Shown here piece after piece: positions 26,201-40,390 of a DNA stretch of 64,000 nucleotides (the stretch's first letter is position 1; each line of letters opens with the position of its first letter). The notes beneath the pieces are model-generated. The model worked only from the letters and a program-made list of their open reading frames with translations. It ran no database searches and was not told the origin of the DNA. Location of the stretch: positions 30,132,001 to 30,196,000 of the forward strand of contig NW_025964361.1 in assembly GCF_023055435.1 (NCBI RefSeq), in the 5' to 3' direction. A program made the position numbers and the translations under genes. The stretch is from Haliotis rufescens. Taxonomy: Eukaryota.

Positions 26201-27317
26201 AATGAACGAACGTTCAAATCAGTGAATGAATGAGCTTTTCAGCGTGATTGGAAGAATAAATGAAGTGGGCGTTTGAAGTTTTTGTGACATTGATAGAATG
26301 GAAGAAAAAGTGAGTGTGAGGATGACAATTAAAAAGTTAACCGAAAAAAATTGTGACAACATTAAAATAACGTCGGCTAAACCTGTACCATGACAATCGA
26401 CATTGCATACCCGTATAACAGGTTTGGTGTCTTCCTCCGCAAGATCTATTTTTCTTGGTGAATAATTTTCGATTTTATTAAATGAGTTAAACTCACGAAA
26501 TCGAGTCTGTTATTTTTACAAAACAAACACACGTTCTGCGTTCGTATTGTGTTTTGTATTCCCAGTAAAATATTGACATTCACAAAGAATTCGACTAAAG
26601 CGCGTCACCGTTCAAACGTGGCACTACGATGAGATCTACGCAGAACTCAATACTTAAACATTAGATCTCAAAGCCACAGACGTGTTTCGTAACACCCCGA
26701 AATGTCAAAGTACATTACCTATCACCGTTGTGACAAAAGCCACACCTGCGTTCGTGGTTATATTGATGGCGGAGCGTGTTGTGCAGTAGATGTGACGGTT
26801 ACCATGGCATGGGAAACCTGAGCCGACCAGAGCAAACACTGCATTTGTTAGTGGTGGGTAGATGAGACGAGGACGCCATAGTGGACGGGTAGGCTTTTAT
26901 TGGTGAACGTGTTGGGTGGCAACAGTCATCTGGGTGTGGCTGTGTGGGACGCCTAATTGGAATTATTGTATCTGTCGATTATCTATCTGTTAATCAATTT
27001 TTTGGATCACATTTCAATCCCTACCTAGATACTTGTATTATTGAATAGTTGTCGACCCGATTTGATTGTTAGGCTTCGTTTGTTAAATGGAAAGTTCGGT
27101 TTAACGCCATATTTAACAGTTGATGGATAAAGTGGATGGGCAACATGTATTCTTTATTAGATGATTTTACCATGTGTGTCTGTGTGATCACAAGGACACT
27201 TTTGTTTATAGAATGTAATTTCAATAACTGTTGTATATAAAGATGTATCATATACATAAGGGGTGTTTGTGTCACGCGACAATATGTTCAACCTATCCAC
27301 CATCCATCTCATGCAGT

Positions 27318-27585
27318 TTGTTTTGTTTGTTGGTTGTTTAACGCCGCACTCAGTAATATTCCAGCTAAATGACGGCGGTCTGTAAATATTATAGTCTGGA
27401 CCAGACAATCAAGTGATTGACATCATGAGCATCGATCCACGCAGTTGGGATACGTAAAATGAATCAACCAAGTCAGCGAACCTGACCACCCGATCCCGTT
27501 AGTCACCTCTTAAGACAAGCATATTCGCCTTTTACGGCAAGCATGGGTTGCTGAAGACCTACTCTACCCCGGATCTTCACGGGTC
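27318..27585 (-). mobile_element. Family A retroposon, full length
   Basis: 14-bp TSD ccatctcatgcagt. Confidence 0.95.
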
Positions 27586-27878
27586 CCATCTCATGCAGTC
27601 TCCCACCCACGCACCAAATTAAATGTACCCAACAAGAATCCTATCTTATTACAACAGATATCCACCCAACAACCCACCCACTCTGACATCTATTTACCTG
27701 CAGCAACATTTATCTACACGACCTTTCAAATCTTTTTTAGAGCGTTATAATTCAATGATTTATTTCATTAGTCTTCCATACACTTCCCTACGTAACACAC
27801 CGTCACATCTACACTACTGCTCACAAGTACTTACCTATTTTATATTGGAATTTTCGAGAAACTTTCCTCAGCAGTACG

Positions 27879-28105
27879 ATACGTTAATTCCTCAAACGTA
27901 CCGCGTTAATTCCGCAAACGTACAGCGTTTATTCCTCGAACGTACCGCGTTAATTCCGCAAACGTACAGCGTTTATTCCTCGAACGTACCGCGTTAATTC
28001 CGCAAACGTACAGCGTTTATTCCTCGAACGTACCGCGTTAATTCCGCAAACGTACCGCGTTAATTCCTCGAACGTACCGCGTTAATTCCGCAAGTCTGCC
28101 GCGTT
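27879..28105. repeat. Minisatellite: 22-bp units alternating as a 44-bp higher-order repeat
   Basis: cgtaccgcgttaattccgcaaa alternating with cgtacagcgtttattcctcgaa. Confidence 0.95.
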
Positions 28106-28523
28106 GCTTCCGCGTTAAGATCGCGGTACAATGGCGGAACTGTGAGTGAGCAGCTGTGAGCAGTAGTATATATGTAAGCCATTTGTAATTTGTTACACTT
28201 TATTACACAAACATGTTATCGCTCAAAGGGAAGGGGGTATTTATAAAGCGCTCCCCCGGGTTAGATTTCCAGCAATGTTGGAAGACCAGTCCTGGTTTTC
28301 CCACAGTGTCATTGCTTGTATGTTGTGTAAAACCTCACACATTAACAGGCTATGTGTAAAATATTACCCGATGGTCTCTCAGAAAACTGAATTTGTGAAA
28401 CAAAAACTTTCATGTAATGATCACAATTTATTTTCCCTAACCCATTTTCGTTTCTGTAAGGTTGGCAGACTCAGGGTGCGACGATAAAGTTGAATTCGCC
28501 CAGCCTGCCAAGGTATTTATCAA

Positions 28524-28668
28524 TGAGTGAGAGAGTGAGTGAGTGAGTCGCTTTCAGCAATAATCCAGCAACGACATCAGAATCTTTACACATCTATGTC
28601 GGGAATCGAACCCGGTACTTCGGCGTGACAGGCGAACGCTTTAACCACTAGGATACCGCATCACCCCC
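28524..28668 (-). mobile_element. Family B SINE, degenerate
   Basis: (gagt)n tail and gggaatcgaacccgg...ctttaaccactagg. Confidence 0.8.
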
Positions 28669-29626
28669 TATTTCACTAAGTAAGAGTATGAATGGAACTC
28701 AGAATTTGCAATTCACAATGTTTGCAAGGAAAACAACCTTCAACTTATCCTCTGGTCTCGATTCATCTTGTTTGGAAGGTCGCCTCCCCTGTAAACATGC
28801 AGCGTACATGCATACACAATTATCAAACACAGACATGTTTCCGTCTCCATTGATCCCTGCAGAAACTACCACACGGAAGTGTCGGCTTGAGACAATGTGG
28901 GGCATTTGTTCATTGAGGCCTGTTCGCAAAAACCCGACCCCAGCGTGGAATTGAGTGCATGGGCAATCTGCATCTATATCTTACATATTAAAAAAATAAT
29001 GTACGTTGATGTCAATCGTCGATATCTGTAGACACGAAGGCACGCTCACCATGATTAAATGATGATGAAAGACAGAGTACACTCCGTACAGGACGAGGTG
29101 CATTGAGATGAGTTTCATATCCGCAATTCACTTGAGTCGGATTGGACGTCGCTCTATAACCAGTTCAGTTATATCACGGCTTATCGGCTTGGTGTGGTAG
29201 GAAGGTAGAAGATGCATGTCTTTTAACAATTCGAAGAAAGCTAAATATGGTACTGACAAACCAAGCATGATAATCATTGCGAATCTGGGATTCTAACCCG
29301 CGTTCATAGGATCCTTGTACCCTAAAAGGGGTGTTATTCTGAGCAGCCCATGTAGCCTCAACTGAACAGTCGAGTTAATTGACACTGTGCTTACATGAAC
29401 CTGTAATTGTTATATAACATTTTATCTACTATAGACATTCTTGTCTATCATATGTTTTTCGGGGGAATGCAAGTACACGTACATTAAGCCGGGTGTCCTA
29501 CACCAACTATCCTTCTATGACCACGTGGAACCACGAATCCTCACATCTGGCTGAATATATTAATTCACTAATCCGTGACCCCATCTCATCGTGGTCGTCC
29601 GATATAACAAGAATCAAGTTAAATAT

Positions 29627-29897
29627 GATTTGTTTTTTTGTTGTTGAACGCCGCACTCAGCAATATTCAAGCTATATGACGGCGGTCTGTAAATAACCCA
29701 AACTGGACCAGACAATCCAGTCTTTGACATCATGAGCATCGATCCACGCAATTGGGATACAATGACATGCATTAACCAAGTCAACGAGCCTGACCACCCG
29801 ATCCCGTTAGTGGACTCTTACGACAAGCATCGTTCGTTGCCTTTTATGGCAAGCCTAGGTTGCTGAAGACCTATTCTACCCCGGATCTTCACGGGTC
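29627..29897 (-). mobile_element. Family A retroposon, full length
   Basis: Reverse-complement match; TSD agtta(a/t)atat. Confidence 0.95.
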
Positions 29898-32077
29898 AGT
29901 TATATATAAATAATAGTTTACTGACCAAATAGCCAACAAAATGTGTTTTCAATTTGCTACCATGAAAAACCCGGTAGCATTGGTAGCTACATATTGAAGA
30001 CATTGTCCAATTGAATTGCTCCAATTTCTTATCGACACTTTTCGACATATTGAGTTCGTCATGACAATTAAGACCTCACAGTCCGCTTTGGAAATATAAA
30101 AATGTAGAGACGTTAAATCTATACGGCGTCTACTGATTCAAAAGAAAATGATCAAACTATTCATTAAACGTTTTACTTCGCAAAAAAGTATCATGAAATC
30201 TGTCTTCAAACGTTCTCAACTTCGGAATAGAAATATCACAACAGTTTTATTCGTTAAACGCGTAACGTGGCGGAAAACCCGTATCACGCAATCAAGTTTC
30301 CGTATACATCATGCTTCAAATGACTCCGAGTATAAAGATTTTCATCATTCGTATAAAAATATGTCATGAAAATGAACGCGCCGTTATATAGTGCACAATG
30401 AAAGCCAGAGAGCAGCAATTAGTAGCAAGCACATCATAAACTACATGCGGTGATTATTAGCTATAATCATAACTGTCAGTCCCATGCACATTTGATACAA
30501 CTACATATTAATAACCACACCCACTTCGCGGACGATTTACTGCATCTGAAAAGAACGATCTCGACAAATTTCCATTAGGACATCGCGTTTACTTCAAATT
30601 TCTCAATAACTCTAGTATTCGACTGTAATTATGCCCATAAAAAGTAACAGGCATACATGATGGAGACGATGACAGGTGTCATATTACTCACACTCAAGGG
30701 TATCGCTTCTACCACGACTACGACACTGTAAGGGTTAAAGTAAAAGCTTATCGCGGAGTGTGGTGGCCACGTGCGGGATTGCATGCGCGGCCACGCTCCA
30801 TGTCACATTTGTCGCACGAAACAAGTTGGCGTTTGATAATCACCATGGCGACCGATCGGATTTAATTTTGACTTAAAACGGTTCCGGGAAGTTATCATAT
30901 TCCACAGAGGCGATTGATCAAAATTGATATACAAAATGCGGCCATGCCGTGCGGGTTGGCGCGATGATTGTTTGATGAGTGTGTTTGACTTGGTTACCAT
31001 GTTACTGGATTCAACGCTCTTACACCACTCTCCAACATGGAAATAAGGGCGGGCCATGTTGACTGCCTATAATCCATTGTATTGCCGACTTGATTGGAGT
31101 CAGGGAGGTTCCAGGGGGCTCTGAACCCCATGCGCCCTTTCCTTCCAGCTGATCCCATCTTCGGAGGCTGATTGCCAACTGCGAGCTCAGTTATATATTC
31201 CATCGCCTCCTGTTCACCTTCTCATATGCTTAATCCACCTTTGGTATTCTGACGCATACGTTTTGTCACGAGCGGCAGCCTCCACAACCATTTGATAAAG
31301 GATAGTGAAGCAAGACTTTGGAATATTCATGACGATCGTGAAGATACGAGGTCTAACTTTCGTATTATTCTATTTGTAATCCGTTAAACATTACCTTTTG
31401 CAATCCGCCCTTCAAGCATATAAAATCGCCTATATTTTACCATAATAGTCTGTATTGGAAGCATGAACGCAGAATGGCATTGCTTGATCTCTGGTAGACC
31501 TTTGATCCTTGGCAGGAGAAAAACACCCTGTATTCACATTAGGCAAATCTTTCAACTTTTTCCAGATACAATCTGATAATGCAGTTTTCATCGTAGTAGT
31601 TTCAGGCGCTCTTTGGTAATCATTTTTATGAGAGGACTATTATTTCTTGAGCACATTGAATTCTTGTAATTAGGATCGGATGGGGCAAACGGCGTCGGAA
31701 CGAAATAATCCTCCAATAAGATTATATCAGCAACTTGTCCATCTCTTGCTGTGGAACCGCCTCAGTTAAACGGGTCTGAGATTCTTCGATGATTCGGGAT
31801 TCGATTTCAGCTGTTGCTTGATAAAATCTACGATTCCGAAATTCCTCGATGATTCCAATATTTTCATGGACTTCCAAACTTGATTTGATAAAACATTCAG
31901 TTGGACCTTTTGTAATATTGGTCACACAACAGTAAGAATTTATGAATAATAATCTGTTTCATCTTTATATGAGGTTTTTAAGGATGCTAAATTCAGCTTG
32001 AAGTGTAGTGTGTGTGGATTGTGGTATAATGTCCATATTCCCAGAGGCTGATACAAGAATCGAAATATCATTTATTT

Positions 32078-32287
32078 GATTTGTTTGCTTGTTGTTTAAC
32101 GCCGCACTCAGCAATATTCCAGCTATATGACGGCGGTCTGTAAATAATCGACCTGCCAGACAATGCAGTGATTGACATCGCGAGCCTGACCACCCGATCC
32201 GTTAGTCGCCTCTTACGACAAGCATAGTCGCTTTTACGGCAGGTATGGGTTGCCGAAGACCTATTCTACCCCGGATCTTCACGGGTC
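32078..32287 (-). mobile_element. Family A retroposon, internally deleted
   Basis: TSD tcatttattt. Confidence 0.9.
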
Positions 32288-32502
32288 TCATTTATTTTAA
32301 AGGTTTCAAAAATTGAAACATAGAACGCGGCAACCAAAACGTGAATCAATGTTTTAACAAATGTATTTGAACAATATACCATGTTTCGAATATAATAATT
32401 TAAAAGTTTGTAGTCGATTTTAACCTGTTATCTGCGATACGACTGAAAGTGGTTTTGCGATGTGGCTGCGATGTGGAAAAGTTTGTCATTGCATTGTAAG
32501 TT

Positions 32503-32760
32503 ACCCGTAAGGGTCCGGGGTAGAACAGGTCTTCAGCAACCCATGCTTGCCGTAAAAGGCGAGTATGCTTGCCGTAAGAGGCGACTAACGGGATCGGGTA
32601 GTCAGGGCCTCTGACTTGGTTATCGTATCCCAAATGCTTAGATCGAGGCTCATGTTGTCAATCCCTGGATTGTCTGGTCCAGACTCAATTATTTACAGAC
32701 CAACGTCTCATAGCTCGAATGTTGCTGAGTGCAGCGTTAAACAACAAACAAAAACAAACA
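32503..32760 (+). mobile_element. Family A retroposon
   Basis: Match to consensus; head-to-head with the preceding copy. Confidence 0.9.
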
Positions 32761-33274
32761 AAATATCGTAAGTTTGTCATTACGATACATTAACGCATTA
32801 CAAACGCAACAGTCACATAACAGTAAGATCAACACGTGGTTCATTGACGAATAGGTATTGATTTTAAACGGTTATCACAACAACGGGTGTCTGGAAGTAT
32901 TCGGGTAACTGTACCACATGGTATTCAGGTGATCACGGTTATCTAGAAGTCAGTCAAGGGTTATAAGGAAGAATTATAGAGTAAAACCCCATGAACCCAT
33001 TGTCGTGGTAAAATCCTTACTTGCACTATGATCTGATATAAATACTCCGATTGTGTCGAAGTACTGCTTACTCGATCTCTTTCTCATGGTCAGAAAATTT
33101 CGCTTTTCTAACGAGGTGTCACTGTATAATATTATCATTTAAGATGATGTCATTAGACGATCAGGACATTCCATATATGTACCGTGATGTTATAGTGAAA
33201 CTCCGCTTGTCTCGAAGTAGCCCTATTCGATATTTGTCATTGATCCGCAGAATATCTTGTTTACACGAACGGAA

Positions 33275-33460
33275 CCCGAAGTGATGCATGTCCTAGACGT
33301 TTACCTTTTTGGTGAAACCCACGAGCACGGGTATGGTGATGACAAACCTAAAAACATAATCAGGACGAACCGGGATTCGAACACACGACCATGGGTTTCT
33401 TGCTCACCTAAGGGTCGTAACTCTGCAAAGCGACATTCGGCTCCTTAGACGACATGGTGA
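33275..33460 (-). mobile_element. Family D SINE, degenerate
   Basis: ggtgaaacccacgagcacgggtat...gggattcgaac. Confidence 0.75.
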
Positions 33461-33577
33461 CCTTTCCCCCCATTGTATTCAGATGGCAACGTACCGATCT
33501 GACCCTTCTTTCAAGGTAGAATCCTTCCCCCTACCCCTTAATAGGACATGTACATGTCATGCTAGACATAGGGATCG

Positions 33578-33936
33578 TTGGGGGGAATTGTGGTTTTAGC
33601 GTTCGCTTGTCACACCGAGGCCCGGGTTCTATTCCCGACATGTGAAGTTTCTGGTATCCCAACTGTGTGATGTTGGAATATTGTTATAAGGGACAGCGTC
33701 CGCCCGGAGAGCGGAAGGTCCGGGGTTCGATCCCCAGCCGCGTCATACCAAAAGACGTTAAAAGATGGTACTTGTTGTTACCCTGTCTGGCGCTCGGCAT
33801 TAAGGGGCTAAAACAAGGACTGGTCGGCCCGGAGTCAGTATACTGTGTCTGAGTGGGGTATTCATGTTAAACTGAGGCATGGTATCTCAGTGAGCTAGCA
33901 CTATAAATCGGCATCAGTCCGGACTAGTACAAGCAG

Positions 33937-33978
<42 letters not shown>

Positions 33979-34082
33979 ATGCACGTCGCTATATAAGTGC
34001 AATAATCTTGGACGCGACGTTAAACCCCATTTCACCTCACCTCACCTGTTATAAGGGGCGTAAAACCGTATTCACTTATTCA
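33578..34082 (+). mobile_element. Degenerate family B SINE interrupted by a family C SINE
   Basis: B head at 33578-33692; tail gcgtaaaaccgtattcac resumes after 34057. Confidence 0.7.
33693..34046 (+). mobile_element. Family C tRNA-derived SINE (Meta/MESC-domain-like), slightly 5'-truncated
   Basis: B box ggttcgatccc, gtcataccaaaagacgttaaaagatggtact...ggcgctcggcattaagg, internal (ca)n, (tcacc)n tail, TSD tgttataaggg. Domain name is from memory. Confidence 0.85.
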
Positions 34083-35075
34083 CACCCGAAATGTGTAGCC
34101 CAGAGCCTCATCTAGCCTGGCTGTAGTAAAACTAAGGGAGGCATTCGCTTGTGAAGTGTGTATGCTTTGACACCCACTCAGCTTATATCAAAGTTCCTGT
34201 CCATCCGCGTCGCATAGTCCCCACCAAACATGGATTACAGTGACCTTGGTATTCCCTCGCCTTGGCAATGTCAGTAACCAAGCACATATAGAAACACGAC
34301 TATAACCAAGAAAGTTAATTCCGATTGACTAACTTCAGTAACATGACCACGTCAAACTGAGTTATTATCCTGATTCTAACATTGTTTGTTTTATTTTCAT
34401 CGTGATTATATATACTATAGCAAAAAGAAGAAACTGTCAAAAAAGCCTGCCTGCAAGGTTTAGAAATCCAGATAACGTGAACCCTCTGATGACGTAATCT
34501 CTTAATGGGAGACGCATTATTAGACGCGGTTTCTGAAAATAGATAAATTTTTCAACTTAAAGTACATTTATTTTTTGTGGAGACATTTTAATGATTTAAA
34601 ACCTGCTTCTTCCATTTTACCAACATGTTCGATGCACCACAATAACTGTTTTGCTACCTAATGTGCATCGCGACCACGTTAGAATGGATCCTCTCGGAGA
34701 AAGCAAGAAGTCTGTAGATTAGACGCATCTCGTTCTCAAGGCATCACTTAAGATTCTTTAAACGACGACTACCACGTCTTCGCCGGGGATAAACACAGAA
34801 TAGAGACGTCCCTGGCGGGGATTTAGAAATGTCGAGGTTCGCTGGGGGCCTATTGGTAACTCTTGATAGCGACGGCAATTAGAGAAGCTGTTGAACAACC
34901 ATGTGATATATGACAGAATGTGTTCCTGGTCCGCTATTAGGAACTGGCCTACACGGAGTGTGCCTCTTCTAAGGGCCCCATTTTGGTGGTACGTATGTAC
35001 ATCGTGTGCCTACTGACGCTGCGAGAGAGGATACGCGATTTTTTGTTTTCGAGGATGCTGAGGTATTTAGTTGGA

Positions 35076-35358
35076 GTGAGTGAGTTAGTGAGTTGGGTTT
35101 TACGCCGCTTTTAACTGTATTCCAGTTATATCGCGGCGTGTCAGCTTAATGTGGGAGGAAAGCCCGGAGTGATGCAGGTCTCAGACGTTTATCACTTCGG
35201 TGAAACCCACGAGCACGGGTATTCTGCTGACAAACCTAATACATAATCGGGGCGAACCGGGATTCGAACCCACAATCATAGGTTTCTGGAGTGCCCAAGG
35301 GACGCAACTCTGCACAGCGAATCGCGGCGCCGTAGACGACTGGGCCACCCGTGCCCTC
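35076..35358 (-). mobile_element. Family D SINE, full length (tRNA-Leu-like head, V-domain-like body)
   Basis: Minus strand gggtggcccagtcgtctacggcgcc...gtgggttcgaatccc...ctccgggctttcctcccac; 13-bp TSD gtatttagttgga. Confidence 0.9.
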
Positions 35359-35737
35359 GTATTTAGTTGGAAGTATTTAGATGGGATGTGCTGCGTCATG
35401 TCGCCATGTTAATGTTTACCCATGACTTCGTTTTTTGTAAACTCCACACTCAGCAATTCGAGCAATAATGACGTTTGGCAATAATTTAGTCTGAACCAGA
35501 TATACCCGTGATTGATATAATGAGCTATCATACGCCTATGTGCAATATTCCAGTTATATCATGGCGGACTAAACGAGTATGAGCTATACAAATCAGGGGT
35601 GAGCAACATTCCAGACCATCGGGGTACGATGACACACGTTTGACCGAGCCTACCTCCTGATACAATTTAGCCTAGCAACAGACGCCGGGGTTGATGGTGT
35701 GTCACCGTGCACCACGACTTGGGACGTTGCTCATGAT

Positions 35738-36873
35738 TAAGGGTGAAACGATACACCGATATTCCGATGCATCACGATACTTGACCCACGATACGATATA
35801 CGATAAACATGGGCCAATTTATCGATACGCCACGATACGAAACGCAAATACCAAGTACAGCGTTTCCTCGTTATTGTGCCTTTCAATAAACCGCTAACTT
35901 GGTTATAGCGCGCTCTAACGCATGGCTCCCATAAACGTACTTACATTTTTAATAAGCTCAAGTTTTACACCGACAGATGTTTTTCCCCATCTCATAAAAC
36001 ATTATCAGCTGATCACCGCAAGCACATAACACCGAAAATACCAGTCAGCAAATCCGAACTGAAGTACGCAATTCAATACCATTATTATACAATCTTGTAA
36101 TTAAAACGTGTTCATTGTATATCTGGACTTGTGTTTGCAATATATTTTATTAATCTTATTCAAAATTTCCTTTAATATTGTTTTCATTAAGTTATGTGAA
36201 ATCGTGTGTGAAGAGATACAGCAACAACGGTCAGATTACCGCTTTTGACGCATTGAAACGAACTTAAGTTGCTAGAGAATGGATACATATATTAAAAATG
36301 CCATACTTTGACTCGTTAAAAGTCATATTTGTTGCAATTTGGCTAATATATGTCACCATAACGTTTTCGCAATCGAAATACATGTAGCACGGGAAGTCCC
36401 TAGGGTGACTGGTCCAGTTGTTCCATACGTAAAAATATCCTGCAACAGCAATCACCAGTACCAAAATGCTACACTTGTGGTTCTTATGATTTTAAATATA
36501 TATATAGTAAAAGTTGCAACTAAGGTAACACGATATTGGAATATATTATTCCTGATAAAACAATAATTTCAGATACAATTTCTTCGACCATTGCATCAAA
36601 ATTCTTTGAAGTTGCACATTAATTATTTTCTGGTGTTTGAACTTTGAATTGTGTTGAAGGAAAGTTAGGGAAAGTTCCACTTTGAAGCTGAACAACTTCA
36701 GTAGTCTTGTTATTATAAAATAATTTTGACTGTTCCCAAATCATGAAAGGTTCAATCTTGACATGCTCTAAGTCTTGTTTTTTTATCATTGCGTATCGAG
36801 ATACGTATCGTATCGTGACCAGAATATCGAGATGCGTATCGTATCGTGACCTTCCTGTATCGTTGCAGCCCTA
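35738..36873. mobile_element. Non-autonomous hAT-like DNA transposon inserted in an old family A copy
   Basis: TIR taagggtgaaacgatac / gtatcgttgcagcccta, 8-bp TSD ctcatgat, subterminal cgatac/gtatcg repeats. Confidence 0.85.
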
Positions 36874-37155
36874 CTCATGATATCAACCACTGGTTTGTGT
36901 GGATCAGACTGGTTTCGTCCACCATGATATAACTGGAATCTAACACACTGCGGTGAAAACAACTAACCTGTTTGACAACTGCCATATTGTTCTACACTTT
37001 GTAAATCATTCCCAGAGGTAAGCTGGATGCTAAAAGTTCGGTTTTGTCACTGAACAAAGGACATTATTAATGCAACACAACTCAACTGATGCGTGTTTCT
37101 ATCCCCAACGATACTGCATACAATGAAAAGCATATGGATTACCGTACTCCATGTA

Positions 37156-37331
37156 CAGTAAACTACGGTTATAACGAACTCAAAGGGACTACAAATTTTA
37201 GTTCGTTATAACCGCAGTTCGTTATACGCATATATACAGCATAACTACAGCAACTAGTCGGGACCCAAAAAGTAAGTTCGTTATATCCGTCAGTTCGTTA
37301 TAAGCGTGTTCGTTATAACCGTAGTTTACAG
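37156..37331. mobile_element. CAGT-ended TA-TSD MITE, copy 2
   Basis: Same family as 15490-15662. Confidence 0.9.
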
Positions 37332-37674
37332 TACAATGAATATGTAATGCGAGTGTTACTTGAAAACCGTTGTACATAATACATACTCCTATATGGCACT
37401 TCGGAAATCTATTGGGTAAACAGTATCACTAACTGTACATAATCACCACTCCCTACTGCTCGGATGTTTAAGTGGTTGTGAGGCTATCTACACTTTGAAT
37501 CGGTTATCAAAAAATACTTACACTATAACCCTAAGAGCAACACAAACCACATGAAGTGACCACAGACAAGTTAGTAAAATATTCATAGCCAGCTTTGTGC
37601 TGACTGGATTCAATCAAAGCTATTATTAATTTCAAATTAAAGCGACACGTCTCTGTTTGTATTGGAATACGTAC

Positions 37675-37920
37675 GATCCGTGAAGATCCGGGGTAGAATA
37701 AGTCTCTAGCAACCCATGATTGGCGTAAGAGGCGACTAATGGGATCGGGTGGTCAGGCTCGCTGACTTGGTTGATGCATGTCATCGTATCCCGTGGATCG
37801 ATGTTCATGTTGTCAATCACTGGATTGTCTGGTCAAGACTCGGTTATTTACAGACCGCCGTCATATAGCTGGAATATTGCCGAGTGCGGCGTTTAAACAA
37901 CAAGCAAACAAACAAACAAA
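37675..37920 (+). mobile_element. Family A retroposon (single-module variant)
   Basis: TSD tggaata(c/g)gtac. Confidence 0.95.
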
Positions 37921-39077
37921 TGGAATAGGTACACGGATAGGTGCAAACATACATACAGTAAACAATGCCTACGTTATATCATTGAGGAATTTTAAAAGTC
38001 CATGTGAAATGCACATCACTCAATTGCGTTTTTCTGTCCTTGGTATAGAGTGGAACCCTGTGTTAAAAAGGATGGTCCTGTTCAAAGTAAAACCTTTCTA
38101 TTTTTTATTTTCTGATTGAGGATTCATGATCACCATGCAATACATCTTTACTAATTATGTATTGATGCTCCTAACGGTAATTGTATGGGAGTTGGGATTT
38201 CCGGCCTAACGGAACTTCATTGTACACGGCTGTGTCAATAATTTACGTGTCTCTATTTAAGCATGGTATTCGTGGAGGATTATGCTTGATTGTACATAGT
38301 GTTATGTCTTGGTGAATATATAACATCAAATATTCAATCCCATTTTCATATGTAGAAACAGACGTAATTAGCAAAGAGGAATAACATTTTTTTTTGTAAT
38401 AATAATCTTTCTCGCGGGAATTGATCTCAGGTCCCAAGTAATAAATAGTTTTTTCTTCCGAAATATCGAGTAGTTAAATCTGTTTTTCCAGTAGTCATTC
38501 CAGAAGAAAGAAAGACACTTTCTATACAAATCCGATTTCTTGTTCAAACGGCGCCCTATGAGTTCCCTTCAGTACTTCAGTGATGTGAAGGTAATATTGA
38601 CGCGTTAGTAAGTGATTTAGTCCCTAGATGTTTGGCACTTTGGTGAAACGGATATGGTGCTGAGAAACCTAAAACCATAATAAGAAAATACCGGGGTTCG
38701 AACCCGCTCCATATGAAGTTAGCAAGAGACCCAATATACAACTACACGTTTGTTAATGCTGCCGTTATACATCACGCTACACCAGTACAACGACACGACC
38801 TCGGGGGCTTTCTCACCAGTATACCACCACGTTCCTAGGGGTCGTCTCACCAGGATCGTAGAACAACCCATCAACTGTTACATAAACCAGTCAGCGTGAC
38901 GTAATAATGAAAATCACAATCACAATAAATATTTATCGATGGTAAAATCGCGATACGATATAAATAACTATCGACGATAAGGTAGCGATACGATACGCTA
39001 TACGATAAATATCTATGGATGGTAAGGTCGCGATGCCAGACACGCAACTGGTATGGGTATGTTCTCTCGTAACAGGG

Positions 39078-39303
39078 GTGCACGGGTGGCCCAGTCGTCT
39101 ATGGCGCCGCGATTCGCTGTGCAGAGTTGCGTCCCTTGCCCCGATTATGTTTCTAGGTTTGTCAGCACCATACCCGTGCTCGTGGGTTTAACCGAAGTGG
39201 TAAACGTCTGAGACCTGCATCACTTCGGCCTTTCCTCCCAAATTAAGCTGACACGCCGTGATATAGCTGCAATAACCGGCGTTACACCCAACTCACTCAC
39301 TCT
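39078..39303 (+). mobile_element. Family D SINE with B-box region deleted
   Basis: Match to the 35076-35358 copy. Confidence 0.9.
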
Positions 39304-39810
39304 CATAAAAGAAACTGACTATAAACATTATACATATTGTGAAGACACCAGGCGTTCGAGAGAAAGTCATTTGATTTTCGTTCGCGCGAAGTCTGGGCAG
39401 TACTGAGGTCAGTTATATATATGTATGAAATATAACACTCTCTTTGTCCAGGGAAGCTGACAGAAGCAGAAAATGTATATCCGTTCATCCGCAGATTATT
39501 TTTTTTTTTCATTTAAAAAAAAGTTGAACAAATGCGTGCTATTTTTTTAAAATGGTAAATTACTAAAATTAACAATAATATTGATTGCTTATGAATATAT
39601 AAACCGTCGTAGGGGAATAGAACGCGCACTGAGAACCACCAGCTTCCGTTCCCGACTTCCGGTGCGGCGCCACAGGGAGCCCTTCCCGCAACGTTGTGTA
39701 CGTTGTCAGGATTAAAGTAAATTAGACGAATTGCGAATTCTGCGAAGTATTAAACTTATTATATCTGTATAACCTGCAATTTGAAACTATGCCCATTACA
39801 ACTACTACTT

Positions 39811-40036
39811 GACCCGGGTTAGATTGAACTTCAGCAACCCATGCTTGACGTAAAAGGCGACTAACGGGGTCGGGTGGTCAGGTGGTCTGGTTGATGTATG
39901 TCTTCGTATCCAAATTGCGTGGATCGATGCTCATGATGTCAATCACTAGATTGTCTGGTCCAGATTCGATTATTTACAGATCGGCGTCATATAGCAGGAG
40001 TATTGCTGAGTGGGGCGTTAAACAACAAACAAACAA
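39811..40036 (+). mobile_element. Family A retroposon, degenerate
   Basis: Head and tail match; flanked by tacaactactact on both sides. Confidence 0.85.
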
Positions 40037-40157
40037 GAGCAAACTACAACTACTACTACCACTACTACTAAGTGACTTTGGTGGTGGAGACTGTTATGGA
40101 TATGTTTGGTGGTTATCAGTGGCAGTAAATGATTGAGCTGCTGGTGAAGTCAAAGTT

Positions 40158-40390
40158 CGTTGTTTAACACCACATTCAGCAATATTCCAGCTTTGTGATG
40201 TCTGTTTTTAAATAATCGAGTCTTGACCAGACAATCCAGTGATTGACATCATTAGCATCGATCCACGCAATTGGGATACGTAACATGTATCAACCGAGTC
40301 AGCGAGCCTGACCACCCGATCCCGTTAGTCGCCTTTTACGACAAGCATATTCGCTTTTACGGCAAGCATGGGTTGCTGAATACCTTTTCT
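40158..40390 (-). mobile_element. Family A retroposon nested in the gag region
   Basis: Reverse-complement match. Confidence 0.9.

Noticed and set aside
31400-32040. Protein-like minus-strand stretch (EIESRIIEESQTRLTEAVPQQEMDKLL)
   Set aside because: Interrupted by stops, with no recognisable motif or consistent splice sites; cannot be assigned.
37578-37605. miR-2-like string tattcatagccagctttg
   Set aside because: Seed differs from TATCACAGCC and no precursor hairpin forms.
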